Positions 19,364 to 29,836 of a stretch of DNA of 64,000 nucleotides are shown here, piece after piece. The position numbers and the translations under genes are program-made. Location of the stretch: IMG/VR virus record IMGVR_UViG_3300021167_000098, positions 30,499 to 94,498 of that record, one strand, 5' to 3'. The DNA is from a virus (lineage: Duplodnaviria > Caudoviricetes). The first letter of the stretch is position 1, and every line of letters starts with the position of its first letter. The notes under the pieces are model-generated. The model was not told the origin of the DNA and made no database searches. It saw nothing but the letters and a program-made list of their open reading frames with translations.

Positions 19364-22300
19364 TTACATGGATTTATCACCAAATACTCCTAATGACCTT
19401 TTACAGATCAATTCATAGTTTGTATCCTCTGCATTATCTAATACAAATCTGGAAACAATATATTTATCATATAGTGCTTTATGCTTCATTTGTTTAGAGA
19501 TGTTAGCAGTATTTAATTGAATCTTATCTTGCTCATCCTTAATGAATAAAGGAACTTCTGTATTAATAGAGTAATCAGCTATGTCAGAATATCTCCAGTT
19601 TCTACCTTGTTTAGACATAATCATAGTATCTGAATTTTCAACCATAGCTCCTTTGATAGTATTCTTCTTAGGATTAGACACTAAATCCATTATTCTTGTA
19701 GCTTGATTAGAATTATAAAAGAATCCTTTATTAAATCCTAATTCTAAATCCTGAGCATAAGTCCTTGTCTTCTCATTAAATAGATTAGCTTCTGTATCTA
19801 ACATTGTATATTCATGTTGATAAGAATTAAATCCATCAATAACAGATGAGTATTCAATAATAAATGGATAGTATTTACCAAAATAAGTTTGATATTTCTT
19901 ACCTACATTGTATTGCCATATTTTACTATCTAATGGAGAATAAATATTAAATCTATCAAACATATAAAGATGTGGTGTGTAACTATGTTCACTTAACCAT
20001 TTCTTTTCCATAGGATCATAAGAGTATGTCCATGACTTATCAATACAAGTTTCTCCATTAAACATTACTTTACCATCTGGAGAAGGTAAGAAATCTCTTT
20101 TAGTTATTAATAATCTTTCATTCTTATAATCATATCCTATTGCATATCCAATACCTTCATCAGATTTCTGATCTACATTTGCAAATCCTGGTCTTGCTTT
20201 AAGATATTCAAATTTAAGATTCTCTTTCATGAATTGTCTTACACCATAATTAGATATTTCTTCTGGCGCACCTCCATTAAAATTATAGATTCTTCCTGCT
20301 TCTTCATCAATAAATATAAATCCAAGTGCTGTATTAATAGAACCATTAGGATATTTAATACCTGCATAACCTTCAAGAACTCCATCAGCAATAGGAATAG
20401 CTGCATTAATATAATCTCCTTTACCTAATTCTAAAGTAGCATCTCCAAATTCTAATGTTGATGTACCTACTTGTAAGTCTAATATCATATCTGTACATGC
20501 AGCAAACATTTTCTGTCCTCTGATGATCATAGTTGTTATCTTACCATACTTAGAAGTTATATCCAACATGTTATTAACCTTGAAATTTCTCCAAGCATCA
20601 TTAGCTGCTCCTATAATCTGAGGATTAGAATAGATAATTTTATTAGAAGGTTCAGCTACACAAAGACATGTATTATAATTAATAGGTGCTCCATAGCTAG
20701 GATTTAATTCATTCTGAGAACTATAATTCCAGTTATATCTATTGAAGTTATCATGGAAATCTTTCTTAAATCCATCTCCAGGTCCACCTTGCTTATCATT
20801 AAAACATTGTTTAATACCCAAGAACTGTAAAAGATAAGGGGAAGCAAATGTTTTAAGAGCTATATATAAGAGTATTACAAAGACTATAGTTATAATTAAT
20901 AATACAATTTGTATAATAATTGATAATAATGCACCAGCTATACCTCCACCACCATGTATATAACCTCCTAATTGAAGTAATATATATAATGGAAATATAA
21001 TCTTGATGGCAAAGATTACAAATGTAATCCATATTCTTTGATATAGAGATATTTCTGGAAACTCCATATAAAACATGTTCAAGTACTTATCTTTCCAAGC
21101 TACATTGCCATGAAAACTAGAATCTAAATCATATCCTTTTGTATCAAAATAGTTTATTTCTTTATCTTGTTCTTTACCTTTTATCCTTAATGGAACTGCA
21201 ACATCTGATTCTACCCAAGTAATAATCTCTGTTTTCTGAACTCCTGGATAATATACTTTCTTATCCTTAGCTGGATTACCATCAAAGATAGTCTTACCAT
21301 CCCAATATCCTCCTCCTTTATCTGCTGGATCACCATCAGGATCATTATTAAATCCTCTAAGTCCAGAACCATTTCTTGGATCAACTTTAATAGTTAAACC
21401 AGCAACTGGAATATTAGCACATAAACCTAATGCCCATGCTAGTTTAGCACCAGTCATGTTTTCAACTAACTTCTTAATTTTACTAGTTCCCCCTTGTGCC
21501 TTACCACCTCTTTTTCCTGGACCTGTTTCTGGTGCATTTTGAGCAGCATCTGCTGCTTCAGAGAATGTAAGTGGATCTTCTATAAGAACATTATCTCCAA
21601 CTAAATTAGATATGTAACTAGATTTAGTAAATGAATATGGAGTTATATAAGTATCTCCACATGCTCCTGTAATAGAACCATTAATTAAATCTTGCCATGT
21701 ACCTTCTATTCCTGTTGGAATATAAGCAGCAGATTCTAATCTACCATATTGTCTTTTATTTTCTCTTACTATACCACCATATAAAGCAGCTGCATTATAA
21801 ATAGGACCTTCAAAGAACTTAACATTACCCAAAAATGAACCATCTCTGGTTTGATCCTTAGCTAAATTACCTCCTTGTCCATTGTATTCTCCAGTTATGA
21901 AAGGATCTATTCCCTTACCTAGTTTGTAAAAATCATCTAATTGTATAAACACACATGCTTCAGAATCTTTATTACTAAATGGTAATGTGAAGTTTGGACC
22001 TTTTTTAAGTACTTTATCAGCACCTACATAAGATACATCTTTAATACATCTTATTGCCCTGTCTTCTCCTGAAGTTTTCTCAGGAAGTTTAAATTTATTT
22101 AAATGTACAGCAGCTCTATATCCCTTCTGTCCAATTTTAGGAACATTTAATCCATTTCCTTTAGTAAGTATTTGTGCAATACCACCAATAGAATGTAATT
22201 CAGGAGTGCCTGGCTGATCACCTGATGCATATAATCCATGTCTCCAACCTTTACCATAATGCTCTTGATCTACTATAAATTTAGAACCTAATATATATGG

Positions 22301-24829
22301 TTTAGAAAATGCAGTTGTTGGACTATGAAATGTATATCCAGCAGTTTCTGACAAATAACCAGCATGTACTTTATTAGTAGTAGAGTTTATATGTCTATTA
22401 AATAACTCTAATGATGATACACCATTAGATGGATATAATTTCTTAGTTCCATAATCATCTCCTTCAAATGTAGGTAATAATAATCCTTTAGCTAAAATTG
22501 TTTTATTAGATTCATCTCTCTTAATCATTACAATAGAGAATGGATTAGTTCCACATAAAGGTTTAGGAGTATCTTTAGGAGCTTCAATACCAGTTAAGTT
22601 TAATCCAATTACATCTACATAACCTCTGTCTAACTCATCATTACCAGTTTCCTGTATATTAGTTACACCAGTCATGTATGAAATAAAGAATGGAATTTTC
22701 TCTGCTGTTGGAACTCTAAATTGTCTTATTCTTTCTCCAGCTAGTTCTTCTCCAAACATTAACTTTCCATCACACTTTAAAGTAGTTGGATAAGTTTCTT
22801 TACTTTCAGAGTAACCAAACTGACCTGTCATTACAACTAAAGGAATACAATCTATAACTGTACATCCATCCTCATCATAAATAGGTTGACATGGTACATT
22901 AGAATCATGATCATTATTCTCTGCTCCTGGATCTGTTGGATCACCTTTTTTTGGAACACATATTTTAGGTGGAGTTGTTTCACCATAATTTCTACATCTT
23001 CCTGGATGTATATCATCTGGATATTCTGGGTCTCCTTCTTCTAATTCAACACAAACACAAGGTTCTTTACATCCTCCAACTCCAGGCTTACAAAATGTAT
23101 TGCCTGAATCACATGCTTTCCAAGTTGGATCATCTATGCAATCACAACCTTCTGGACATTTTCCATCTTCACATAATTGTCCTATACATAAGGGATTACT
23201 TCTTGTACCTAATTCACCACTTATATCATCTCCTTGTCCACCAGAGTTATTAGATCCTTCATATTCAATATCTATTGTTCCTGGATTACCATCTCCATTT
23301 CCTGGAGGTGTTACAACAACAGGAGTTACTACTGGATCTGGATTACCTGTGTTTTCTGTAGCATCTACAGTTGGTCCATCACAACAATCTCCTCCAGCTA
23401 TATTGTCTAATAGATCTTCTTCATCTTGCAGATCTTTTTCAGCATCCTTATTTATTTCCTTAATTAAATCTTCTCCTTCTTTCTTAGCATCTTCTCCCCA
23501 TTCATCCACTGTTTTAAAAGGTTCTTTAATAGGAATGTGATTTTTATATACTTTCTCAGATGCAGCAGATTCCTGGTATGGATCTCCATAACCAGCATGT
23601 GTCATTTCTATAATAGAAGTATCTTTAATCTCCCAAGCTTCTCTAGGACAATCAGAACACTTATCATCTACTATTGCAGCATCAGATGCTGATTTGGGTC
23701 TATTAATTAATGGAAATACTACTGACTTTGTACCATCACAGTAATTCCATTCTATACCAAACATATAATTCTCACCTCTTAATAAGGTAGGATATTTATA
23801 AGCATCTTCTACTCTTACTCTTCTAACTGCAAATCCAACTTTTATTTTATTTGCAGTCTCCTGATAATCTAAATTCCAATGATTATCAACATCATAAAGG
23901 ATAAGTCTATTATCTTTTTGAATAAGTCCTTTACCACTAATCCAATAATCTTCTTTCTTTTGAATTTCCTGAATAGTTAAATCTCTGATTTCATCATTAG
24001 GGCCTCTGTAATCAAGATTAATTCCATTTGAGTTATAAGGTTGTTTATCATAAATAAGATGCACAGTGGTCTTATAATCAATAGTTTTGATTATTGCAAC
24101 ATCAATGAAATTATAATTCTGAGAAAGTCCACTTAACTGTATAGAAACATATTGATCAGATATTTCCCCAGCTTTATTATCACCTCCAAATATCTTTGCA
24201 TGTTGTGAGATTTTAAACCAGTTTGTGTAATTACTATCTTCATCAGTAAGTCTTACAGCTACTTGATAAATACCATTAGGTACACCATATCCACCATTCT
24301 CAATATTGTTTAATTTAACTTTTGGAGCACAATTACATTTAAATAATCTTAACTTATCACAAGTCTTATTATTCTTTAAATCAGCCTCATCTATATTAAG
24401 ATATCTATATATTCTATTGTTTGACCAATAAAGAACTATTTCATTACAAGGTTGAATCCTCTTAACTTCAATTCCAATCCATTCTTCAAATCCAAATTCC
24501 AGTTTACAAGAATGTTCTGTATCATTGAAGTAAGTTTTATAACTACATTCATCTGTATTAATAGCACCTATTTCTGAGTTAGTACCATTAAAAGAAAAGA
24601 TTACAAACTCATTCCTCTCAGGAATTTGAGTATAACCTCTCATTTTATAACCATCTGGAAGACTGGCACATAATTCTGTACCTTTTTCATTAGAGTAACC
24701 AAACTTATTATATCTATCTGTTTGTTTAACTCCATTCAATACATAAGACAGAGTATTCTTAGGAGCTAAAGATGGATGTGCATCCATCCATAAGTTCTCA
24801 AATATATTTTCACTCTGCTTCTTTTCCAT
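19364..24829 (-). CDS. Tail stabilisation (muzzle) protein, crAss-like
   Basis: 1821 aa between the tail tubular gene and the cargo genes. The C-terminal pattern (GFIFIDEEAGRIYNF, IGYDYKNERLLIT, SWTYSY..KWLSEHSYTP) matches my recollection of crAss-like tail stabilisation proteins. Confidence 0.75.
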   Translation of the reverse strand: MEKKQSENIFENLWMDAHPSLAPKNTLSYVLNGVKQTDRYNKFGYSNEKGTELCASLPDGYKMRGYTQIPERNEFVIFSFNGTNSEIGAINTDECSYKTYFNDTEHSCKLEFGFEEWIGIEVKRIQPCNEIVLYWSNNRIYRYLNIDEADLKNNKTCDKLRLFKCNCAPKVKLNNIENGGYGVPNGIYQVAVRLTDEDSNYTNWFKISQHAKIFGGDNKAGEISDQYVSIQLSGLSQNYNFIDVAIIKTIDYKTTVHLIYDKQPYNSNGINLDYRGPNDEIRDLTIQEIQKKEDYWISGKGLIQKDNRLILYDVDNHWNLDYQETANKIKVGFAVRRVRVEDAYKYPTLLRGENYMFGIEWNYCDGTKSVVFPLINRPKSASDAAIVDDKCSDCPREAWEIKDTSIIEMTHAGYGDPYQESAASEKVYKNHIPIKEPFKTVDEWGEDAKKEGEDLIKEINKDAEKDLQDEEDLLDNIAGGDCCDGPTVDATENTGNPDPVVTPVVVTPPGNGDGNPGTIDIEYEGSNNSGGQGDDISGELGTRSNPLCIGQLCEDGKCPEGCDCIDDPTWKACDSGNTFCKPGVGGCKEPCVCVELEEGDPEYPDDIHPGRCRNYGETTPPKICVPKKGDPTDPGAENNDHDSNVPCQPIYDEDGCTVIDCIPLVVMTGQFGYSESKETYPTTLKCDGKLMFGEELAGERIRQFRVPTAEKIPFFISYMTGVTNIQETGNDELDRGYVDVIGLNLTGIEAPKDTPKPLCGTNPFSIVMIKRDESNKTILAKGLLLPTFEGDDYGTKKLYPSNGVSSLELFNRHINSTTNKVHAGYLSETAGYTFHSPTTAFSKPYILGSKFIVDQEHYGKGWRHGLYASGDQPGTPELHSIGGIAQILTKGNGLNVPKIGQKGYRAAVHLNKFKLPEKTSGEDRAIRCIKDVSYVGADKVLKKGPNFTLPFSNKDSEACVFIQLDDFYKLGKGIDPFITGEYNGQGGNLAKDQTRDGSFLGNVKFFEGPIYNAAALYGGIVRENKRQYGRLESAAYIPTGIEGTWQDLINGSITGACGDTYITPYSFTKSSYISNLVGDNVLIEDPLTFSEAADAAQNAPETGPGKRGGKAQGGTSKIKKLVENMTGAKLAWALGLCANIPVAGLTIKVDPRNGSGLRGFNNDPDGDPADKGGGYWDGKTIFDGNPAKDKKVYYPGVQKTEIITWVESDVAVPLRIKGKEQDKEINYFDTKGYDLDSSFHGNVAWKDKYLNMFYMEFPEISLYQRIWITFVIFAIKIIFPLYILLQLGGYIHGGGGIAGALLSIIIQIVLLIITIVFVILLYIALKTFASPYLLQFLGIKQCFNDKQGGPGDGFKKDFHDNFNRYNWNYSSQNELNPSYGAPINYNTCLCVAEPSNKIIYSNPQIIGAANDAWRNFKVNNMLDITSKYGKITTMIIRGQKMFAACTDMILDLQVGTSTLEFGDATLELGKGDYINAAIPIADGVLEGYAGIKYPNGSINTALGFIFIDEEAGRIYNFNGGAPEEISNYGVRQFMKENLKFEYLKARPGFANVDQKSDEGIGYAIGYDYKNERLLITKRDFLPSPDGKVMFNGETCIDKSWTYSYDPMEKKWLSEHSYTPHLYMFDRFNIYSPLDSKIWQYNVGKKYQTYFGKYYPFIIEYSSVIDGFNSYQHEYTMLDTEANLFNEKTRTYAQDLELGFNKGFFYNSNQATRIMDLVSNPKKNTIKGAMVENSDTMIMSKQGRNWRYSDIADYSINTEVPLFIKDEQDKIQLNTANISKQMKHKALYDKYIVSRFVLDNAEDTNYELICKRSLGVFGDKSM

Positions 24830-24830
24830 A

Positions 24831-25472
24831 TTATAATTTAATTAAAGGATAAGTTGCTCCTATCCCAACATAATAATCAAGTCTGTTAGCAGCAAGACTA
24901 TATCCTACTCCTATTTGTGGACCAATAACTATGTTATATCTCTTGCTAGGTTTCATATAAGTTTTTAAAACTCCTATGTCACTACTTGGATTAAATGAAT
25001 ATACATCTACTTCCAATCTTGGTTTAAATATTCCTTTCTCTCTTACTTCAACAACATAATCTGATTGTACATCTATATCTAACTTAATAGAATCTGGTTG
25101 AGTTCTGGATATAAATCCTTTCATCCAAGCAGTATTAATATATGTACTATCTTTAAATGTACCTTCCAATTTAGTAGAAGTGGACATAAAAGTAGCTGAC
25201 TCAGTTCTATTATCTATTGCTTTCTGTAAAGCAATAATTCCTGGATCATCTGATTTTATGTTCTTAAATGTCTTTGCATCAGTCTCTACCACACCTGTTG
25301 TAAAAGTTTTAGTGCCATCCTTATGTATCAAAACAGAAATTGAGTCATTTAAGTTAATTAATGACTCAGAATATTCTTTACTTTTATCACATTGTTTTAA
25401 CCATAGAGATCCTACAACCAGTATAATGATGATATATATTACATCTCTATACTTTGTAAGGTTTATATTCAT
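24831..25472 (-). CDS. Membrane-anchored protein, putative spanin/lysis accessory
   Basis: N-terminal hydrophobic helix (VIYIIIILVVGSLWL), short coiled region, and C-terminal Gly/aromatic beta-strands (IGPQIGVGYS...YVGIGATY). Confidence 0.45.
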   Translation of the reverse strand: MNINLTKYRDVIYIIIILVVGSLWLKQCDKSKEYSESLINLNDSISVLIHKDGTKTFTTGVVETDAKTFKNIKSDDPGIIALQKAIDNRTESATFMSTSTKLEGTFKDSTYINTAWMKGFISRTQPDSIKLDIDVQSDYVVEVREKGIFKPRLEVDVYSFNPSSDIGVLKTYMKPSKRYNIVIGPQIGVGYSLAANRLDYYVGIGATYPLIKL

Positions 25473-26424
25473 CTGGTTTATATCTATTTAAATTTGTCTG
25501 ACTATGATAGTTTGGTATCATTTTAGTCCAATGATTCTTAATAAATGCCTCAAACTCATCAGGTGAAGGGAATTCTAATTGTGCTCTTGCAATCTTAATA
25601 TCTCTATCAGCAGCTTGTGTCATATCCCCCCAAAAAGCTCTATCTCCTTGAGTTTTAGTTTTAGTATATTCTTGTAATGCCATTCTTTCAAGCATATAAG
25701 ATACTACAGCTCTATAAGCTACTGGATGATCAGGAATCATAAGATATCCATTATCATCAACTGGTTCAGATCTATATGAAAGAATAAGTTCTCCTTTCTT
25801 AAAAGAAGTTTCTATTCTACCTCCTTGAACCATATATTCATCTCTGCAAGATAATTCAGGTAAATCACAATCTTCATTTGTTTGACTTTTCAATAAATGA
25901 AAATTATTAGTTGAATAAGGTAATATTTGGAATCTTTGAATAGCTTCTGGACATTTCTTAGTAGCTGTACTAAATTCACCATTATAGTGTCTTGTTCCTT
26001 CATACTGTAATCCAGGATGTGCATCTCTCCAATTACCATCAGCAGTAACTACTACAGCAGCTATTGCACAATCACATGGACCTGACATATGACATTTAGG
26101 ACATTCTTTTGTTATTCTAAGTTTACAACCTGAACCATAACAATCTTGTGTCCATTCAATTATTTCTTCTCTAGTGCATGTAGCATTAGGTTCTTTAGTA
26201 TATAATACCTGTTCTACTGCCTTAAATCCTTTAGGAGTATTAGCATGATAGTTTTCTACTGGAAGAACAGCTATCCTAAGATCCATAATAGATCCAGTAG
26301 ATATCTTCTCAATACCATCATTAGCAGCTGATAACAACATAGTTCTATTAATCTCCCCATACTGTGGAGCTAGTTTAAGATACTCTGTTAGAACTGATTC
26401 TATATTACTAAAAGTTAAATTCAT
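25447..26424 (-). CDS. Tail tubular/ring protein (P22 gp4-like, crAss Ttub)
   Basis: Motif IETSFKKGELILSYRSEPVDDNGYLMIPD and position beside the IHF-like and muzzle genes. Confidence 0.75.
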   Translation of the reverse strand: MNLTFSNIESVLTEYLKLAPQYGEINRTMLLSAANDGIEKISTGSIMDLRIAVLPVENYHANTPKGFKAVEQVLYTKEPNATCTREEIIEWTQDCYGSGCKLRITKECPKCHMSGPCDCAIAAVVVTADGNWRDAHPGLQYEGTRHYNGEFSTATKKCPEAIQRFQILPYSTNNFHLLKSQTNEDCDLPELSCRDEYMVQGGRIETSFKKGELILSYRSEPVDDNGYLMIPDHPVAYRAVVSYMLERMALQEYTKTKTQGDRAFWGDMTQAADRDIKIARAQLEFPSPDEFEAFIKNHWTKMIPNYHSQTNLNRYKPDEYKPYKV

Positions 26425-26855
26425 AACATCCCAACAGTTTTGTAATCTTTATTGTTCCTTGCGCAATCTTTAATCCATTGTGCCAATCCTCTTGATCCTA
26501 TTTCTCTTTTTATTTCATCCCTGATAGGTTTAAAATAATAGATATTCTTATTTTTAAATATTGCATTTTTCTTAGACCACTTATAACTAAAAGACTTATT
26601 AAAAGTATGAAAGTTCTTATAAGATGTTTTAACTCCAGTCTTATTAAATGTTCCAAAATCCATCACTCTTTTTGAGGTTTCCCTCATAGCTATGTATATA
26701 GTTCCTAAAGCATATGGTAACTGACAGATATAAGGTTCTCTTATAATAGCCTGTGATAACTTCCATAGAAATAATTTACATACTTCTAAATAAACTTTAG
26801 GTTCACAATGCTCATATTTCTTACTAAAATCTTTTATTGTAATTGTCTTACTCAT
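26421..26855 (-). CDS. Integration host factor-like DNA-binding protein (crAss IHF-like)
   Basis: Basic 144 aa with LPYALGTIYI...MDFG...NFHT...YKWSK...YYFKP.R pattern; conserved position before the tail tubular gene. Confidence 0.65.
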   Translation of the reverse strand: MSKTITIKDFSKKYEHCEPKVYLEVCKLFLWKLSQAIIREPYICQLPYALGTIYIAMRETSKRVMDFGTFNKTGVKTSYKNFHTFNKSFSYKWSKKNAIFKNKNIYYFKPIRDEIKREIGSRGLAQWIKDCARNNKDYKTVGML

Positions 26856-27553
26856 GGTCTCTTAGCTGAATCAGGTTCTTCATTATTAAATAATTCAGGT
26901 TGAGCAGTAGATTTAACTTTGATTAGTTTATCAAATACCATCTCATAAAGAATAGGTAACAACTCATCATCTATTACAAACTCTCTATCTAATGGATCAC
27001 AAATATGTACTGGCTTTCCACAATTAGGAAATGCAAGAACTTCAAGATTATCAACAGGTATTAATGTAGCTGATACTACTTCCTTATCATTATCTGAATA
27101 AATATATAAGTATGCTACTTCTCCAAATGATTTAATTGTGTAATATGGTTTAATTCTTTCTGCTGGGAATCTACTATTTAATCTATCCTCAAACTCATCC
27201 CATCTTAAATATTCATAAGTTTTATTACCTAATATAGATGTAACTGATTGATATGCTCCAGTGATATCATTAGGAATTGGAACTTTAGATCTTTGAAATG
27301 TGCATCCACTAGCTGGAATACATGGACATTCACTCATGTCTATCTTCTCTAACTCAATACATTTTAAAGTCATGTATGTAGATCTGGAAATAGGAATCTT
27401 TTTATTCTTCTTATCCCAAAGCAATCTAACTTTATACATTTTAAGATAATAATAAACTAGTCTATGTGACCATTCTTTATCTTGAGATAATTTACCTTGT
27501 TTCTCAGAAACCATCTCCATCCATCCATTTATTACATCTCTATTAGTTCTCAT
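26852..27553 (-). CDS. Tail ring/structural protein, crAss-like
   Basis: TLKCIELEKID..CPC...RSKVPIP pattern; lies upstream of the IHF-like gene as in crAss-like phages. Confidence 0.6.
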   Translation of the reverse strand: MRTNRDVINGWMEMVSEKQGKLSQDKEWSHRLVYYYLKMYKVRLLWDKKNKKIPISRSTYMTLKCIELEKIDMSECPCIPASGCTFQRSKVPIPNDITGAYQSVTSILGNKTYEYLRWDEFEDRLNSRFPAERIKPYYTIKSFGEVAYLYIYSDNDKEVVSATLIPVDNLEVLAFPNCGKPVHICDPLDREFVIDDELLPILYEMVFDKLIKVKSTAQPELFNNEEPDSAKRP

Positions 27554-27555
27554 GA

Positions 27556-27816
27556 TTAATATATTTTAATAACCTGATCTTGCTTATTGAAAACAAACAT
27601 TAAGTTATATTTATTTCTTATTTCTGAAACTACATAATTTATATAATTATTATAGTCCAATCCTCCAAGTTTAAGTTGGAATTGTATTTTTAACATAAAG
27701 TGTTCAAACCAATTATATGTCTGTTTATCCAAATTAGAATGTTCAAGATACTCCATATATAGAATACCTTGAACATTATTATCTTTAAACATTTGAACTA
27801 GTGCATCTCTATTCAA
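27556..27816 (-). CDS. Hypothetical protein
   Basis: 86-aa ORF tightly packed with both neighbours on the coding strand. Confidence 0.6.
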   Translation of the reverse strand: MNRDALVQMFKDNNVQGILYMEYLEHSNLDKQTYNWFEHFMLKIQFQLKLGGLDYNNYINYVVSEIRNKYNLMFVFNKQDQVIKIY

Positions 27817-29008
27817 AATATACTTCTTTTTTAATTACTTCTCTTTTGTTCTCTTCAATTATATCATATGCTACTCCAGGTCTATTAGGACCAAAGTTAG
27901 TATGTATCCATTCAGTGCCTCCAAAGAAGGATAGAGTTGATTTATATCTTATCTTATATCCTTGTTGATCAGATAGTTGATGTAAATCTCCCTTAACTAA
28001 ATGTATAAAGTCTCCTTTAAGTTTCTTAGCATCAATATATCTTTGTAAATATAATTCTGTCTTAGTATCCATAACTAAAGGTAATCCATTCTTCATATGC
28101 TTTTCATCTTTACCATGAGTTAACATGTAAGCATGTCTACCATAAGTAAAATGTGTAATAAAGTCAGCAGTAATATAAGTCTGAATCTCTGGATATTTAG
28201 CATTTAAGTAAATTTCCAAAGCTCTCTGAGCTGTATAACCAAAGCTACCATCATGATTAGCATTAGATAATGCAATGAAACTCAAATTATTAGTTATATT
28301 TAAACTAACTATTGTATCTATAAACTCTTTAAAACATCTGAAATAAACATCAAATTGTTCTCTATTTCCCATGTTTTGATCTAATGTATGTCCTCCTCTG
28401 GTTGTATTTTTATTATAACCATCTAAAGAATCACCCATATCATTGATAACAAGTCTATCAAAAGGACCATATACTTGATAGTCCAACCATAATTCTTGTA
28501 CCAATCTTTGAAATCTTGCTTTGACAACTTCCTCATTATAAACATTTTGTGACATTAATGTTCCTCCTACTGCACCAATATGAATATCAGAGATAGGTAA
28601 CATAATGCATCTCTTAGTATCTAATTGATGTTTCACTAGTGTTAATGTTTGAATGCCAGAAACAGCATTCTTAAAGCTATCCAATAATTGTTTTTGAGTA
28701 TCTTCTGCTATTACAGAATCATCAACTTCATATGAATGTAGTGTTTCCACAATACCTCCTTTTCTTTGAACTTCCCAGGCTTTCTTTAATTTAAGATTCT
28801 GGTATGGTCCACTAGGTTGTGGTTTAAGTGTTTCTCTTTTCCATAGAGTTCTAATAGTATCACCTAAAGAATTATTGTAATCTTGTGAGTCTTTGGGATA
28901 CTTAGAATTTACAGAAATTTCAAATCTTTTAGCTAGATCAACCCAAGTTTCAGAATCTAGTTTTCCATTGTTCTTTTTTAAGTGATCAATCAGTTCAGAT
29001 TTACCCAT
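27809..29008 (-). CDS. Calcineurin-like metallophosphoesterase
   Basis: Ordered motifs SDIHIG, MGDSLDG, NANHD, THGKD and GDLH. Confidence 0.85.
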   Translation of the reverse strand: MGKSELIDHLKKNNGKLDSETWVDLAKRFEISVNSKYPKDSQDYNNSLGDTIRTLWKRETLKPQPSGPYQNLKLKKAWEVQRKGGIVETLHSYEVDDSVIAEDTQKQLLDSFKNAVSGIQTLTLVKHQLDTKRCIMLPISDIHIGAVGGTLMSQNVYNEEVVKARFQRLVQELWLDYQVYGPFDRLVINDMGDSLDGYNKNTTRGGHTLDQNMGNREQFDVYFRCFKEFIDTIVSLNITNNLSFIALSNANHDGSFGYTAQRALEIYLNAKYPEIQTYITADFITHFTYGRHAYMLTHGKDEKHMKNGLPLVMDTKTELYLQRYIDAKKLKGDFIHLVKGDLHQLSDQQGYKIRYKSTLSFFGGTEWIHTNFGPNRPGVAYDIIEENKREVIKKEVYFE

Positions 29009-29039
29009 AATATATTTTATTTGATTTATAATAATGTAC

Positions 29040-29122
29040 TGTAATCATATGTGATTACATAAAGAAATGTAAAGATAATAATTATTTCTAACAAAATTGA
29101 TAGAATTTCAATAATTATTTCT
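29040..29122. promoter_or_regulatory. Structured intergenic region upstream of the metallophosphoesterase
   Basis: Inverted repeat TGTAATCA-TATG-TGATTACA (29040-29059), direct repeat ATAATTATTTCT (~29078 and ~29111), and minus-strand TATCTTTA, one mismatch from the Bacteroidota TAnnTTTG element. Confidence 0.45.
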
Positions 29123-29123
29123 T

Positions 29124-29834
29124 TCATCTGGCTTTCAGCTCAGTTATTTCTGCTTTAAGGTTACCAATTTCTCTAGTAGCATTGTTTAATGCTGAAATAA
29201 TCAGAGTATTGGCTTCAGTTTGGTTGTATTCTTCTTTGGTATTACCAGCATCATTGATATCAAAAGTAGAATTAAAATTACCTGTACCTGTACTGTCAAT
29301 AACAACTCTTTTTATAAGTTCTATATTACCACAAGTAGTGGTTAAAAATACTTTAAATGTTGCTGTAGCTGGAAATCTATCTACTGGAACTGATACACCA
29401 CCTACTTCTTTCTTAGAATCAAGTATATTAACTGGTCCATAAGTTGCTTTACCAACAATAAGGGTATTAACACCAATATTACTAGCAATAGAAGGTAAAT
29501 TTTGTAAGGTTTCATTAAGGTCATAAGTCAGTTCTATACCATTAATACCAGGCTTAATAGAGTATTTAAAGTTTCTATTTACTATTTCTGAAGAGCATGG
29601 AGATACTTTACCTGTAAGATTAAGAAGAGTTCCTGAAACTTTAACTTCATCAGTTGTCTTACCTATATTTTGTACTGGAGTTGTAGCCTTAACTAATTGT
29701 TTAATTAATTGAGTTACAACAGTTTTCATAGAGGTATTATTCTCTATACCAAAATCAGGAAAATCCCCTCCAGTCCACACTGATGCAGAATCTGGAGAGG
29801 GATTAATATTTTTATTACAATCTTTACAATTCAT
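29124..29834 (-). CDS. Putative fibre-associated structural protein
   Basis: 236 aa with N-terminal CxxC, beta-rich middle and C-terminal coiled coil; follows the large Cys-rich gene. Confidence 0.45.
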   Translation of the reverse strand: MNCKDCNKNINPSPDSASVWTGGDFPDFGIENNTSMKTVVTQLIKQLVKATTPVQNIGKTTDEVKVSGTLLNLTGKVSPCSSEIVNRNFKYSIKPGINGIELTYDLNETLQNLPSIASNIGVNTLIVGKATYGPVNILDSKKEVGGVSVPVDRFPATATFKVFLTTTCGNIELIKRVVIDSTGTGNFNSTFDINDAGNTKEEYNQTEANTLIISALNNATREIGNLKAEITELKAR

Positions 29835-29836
29835 TA

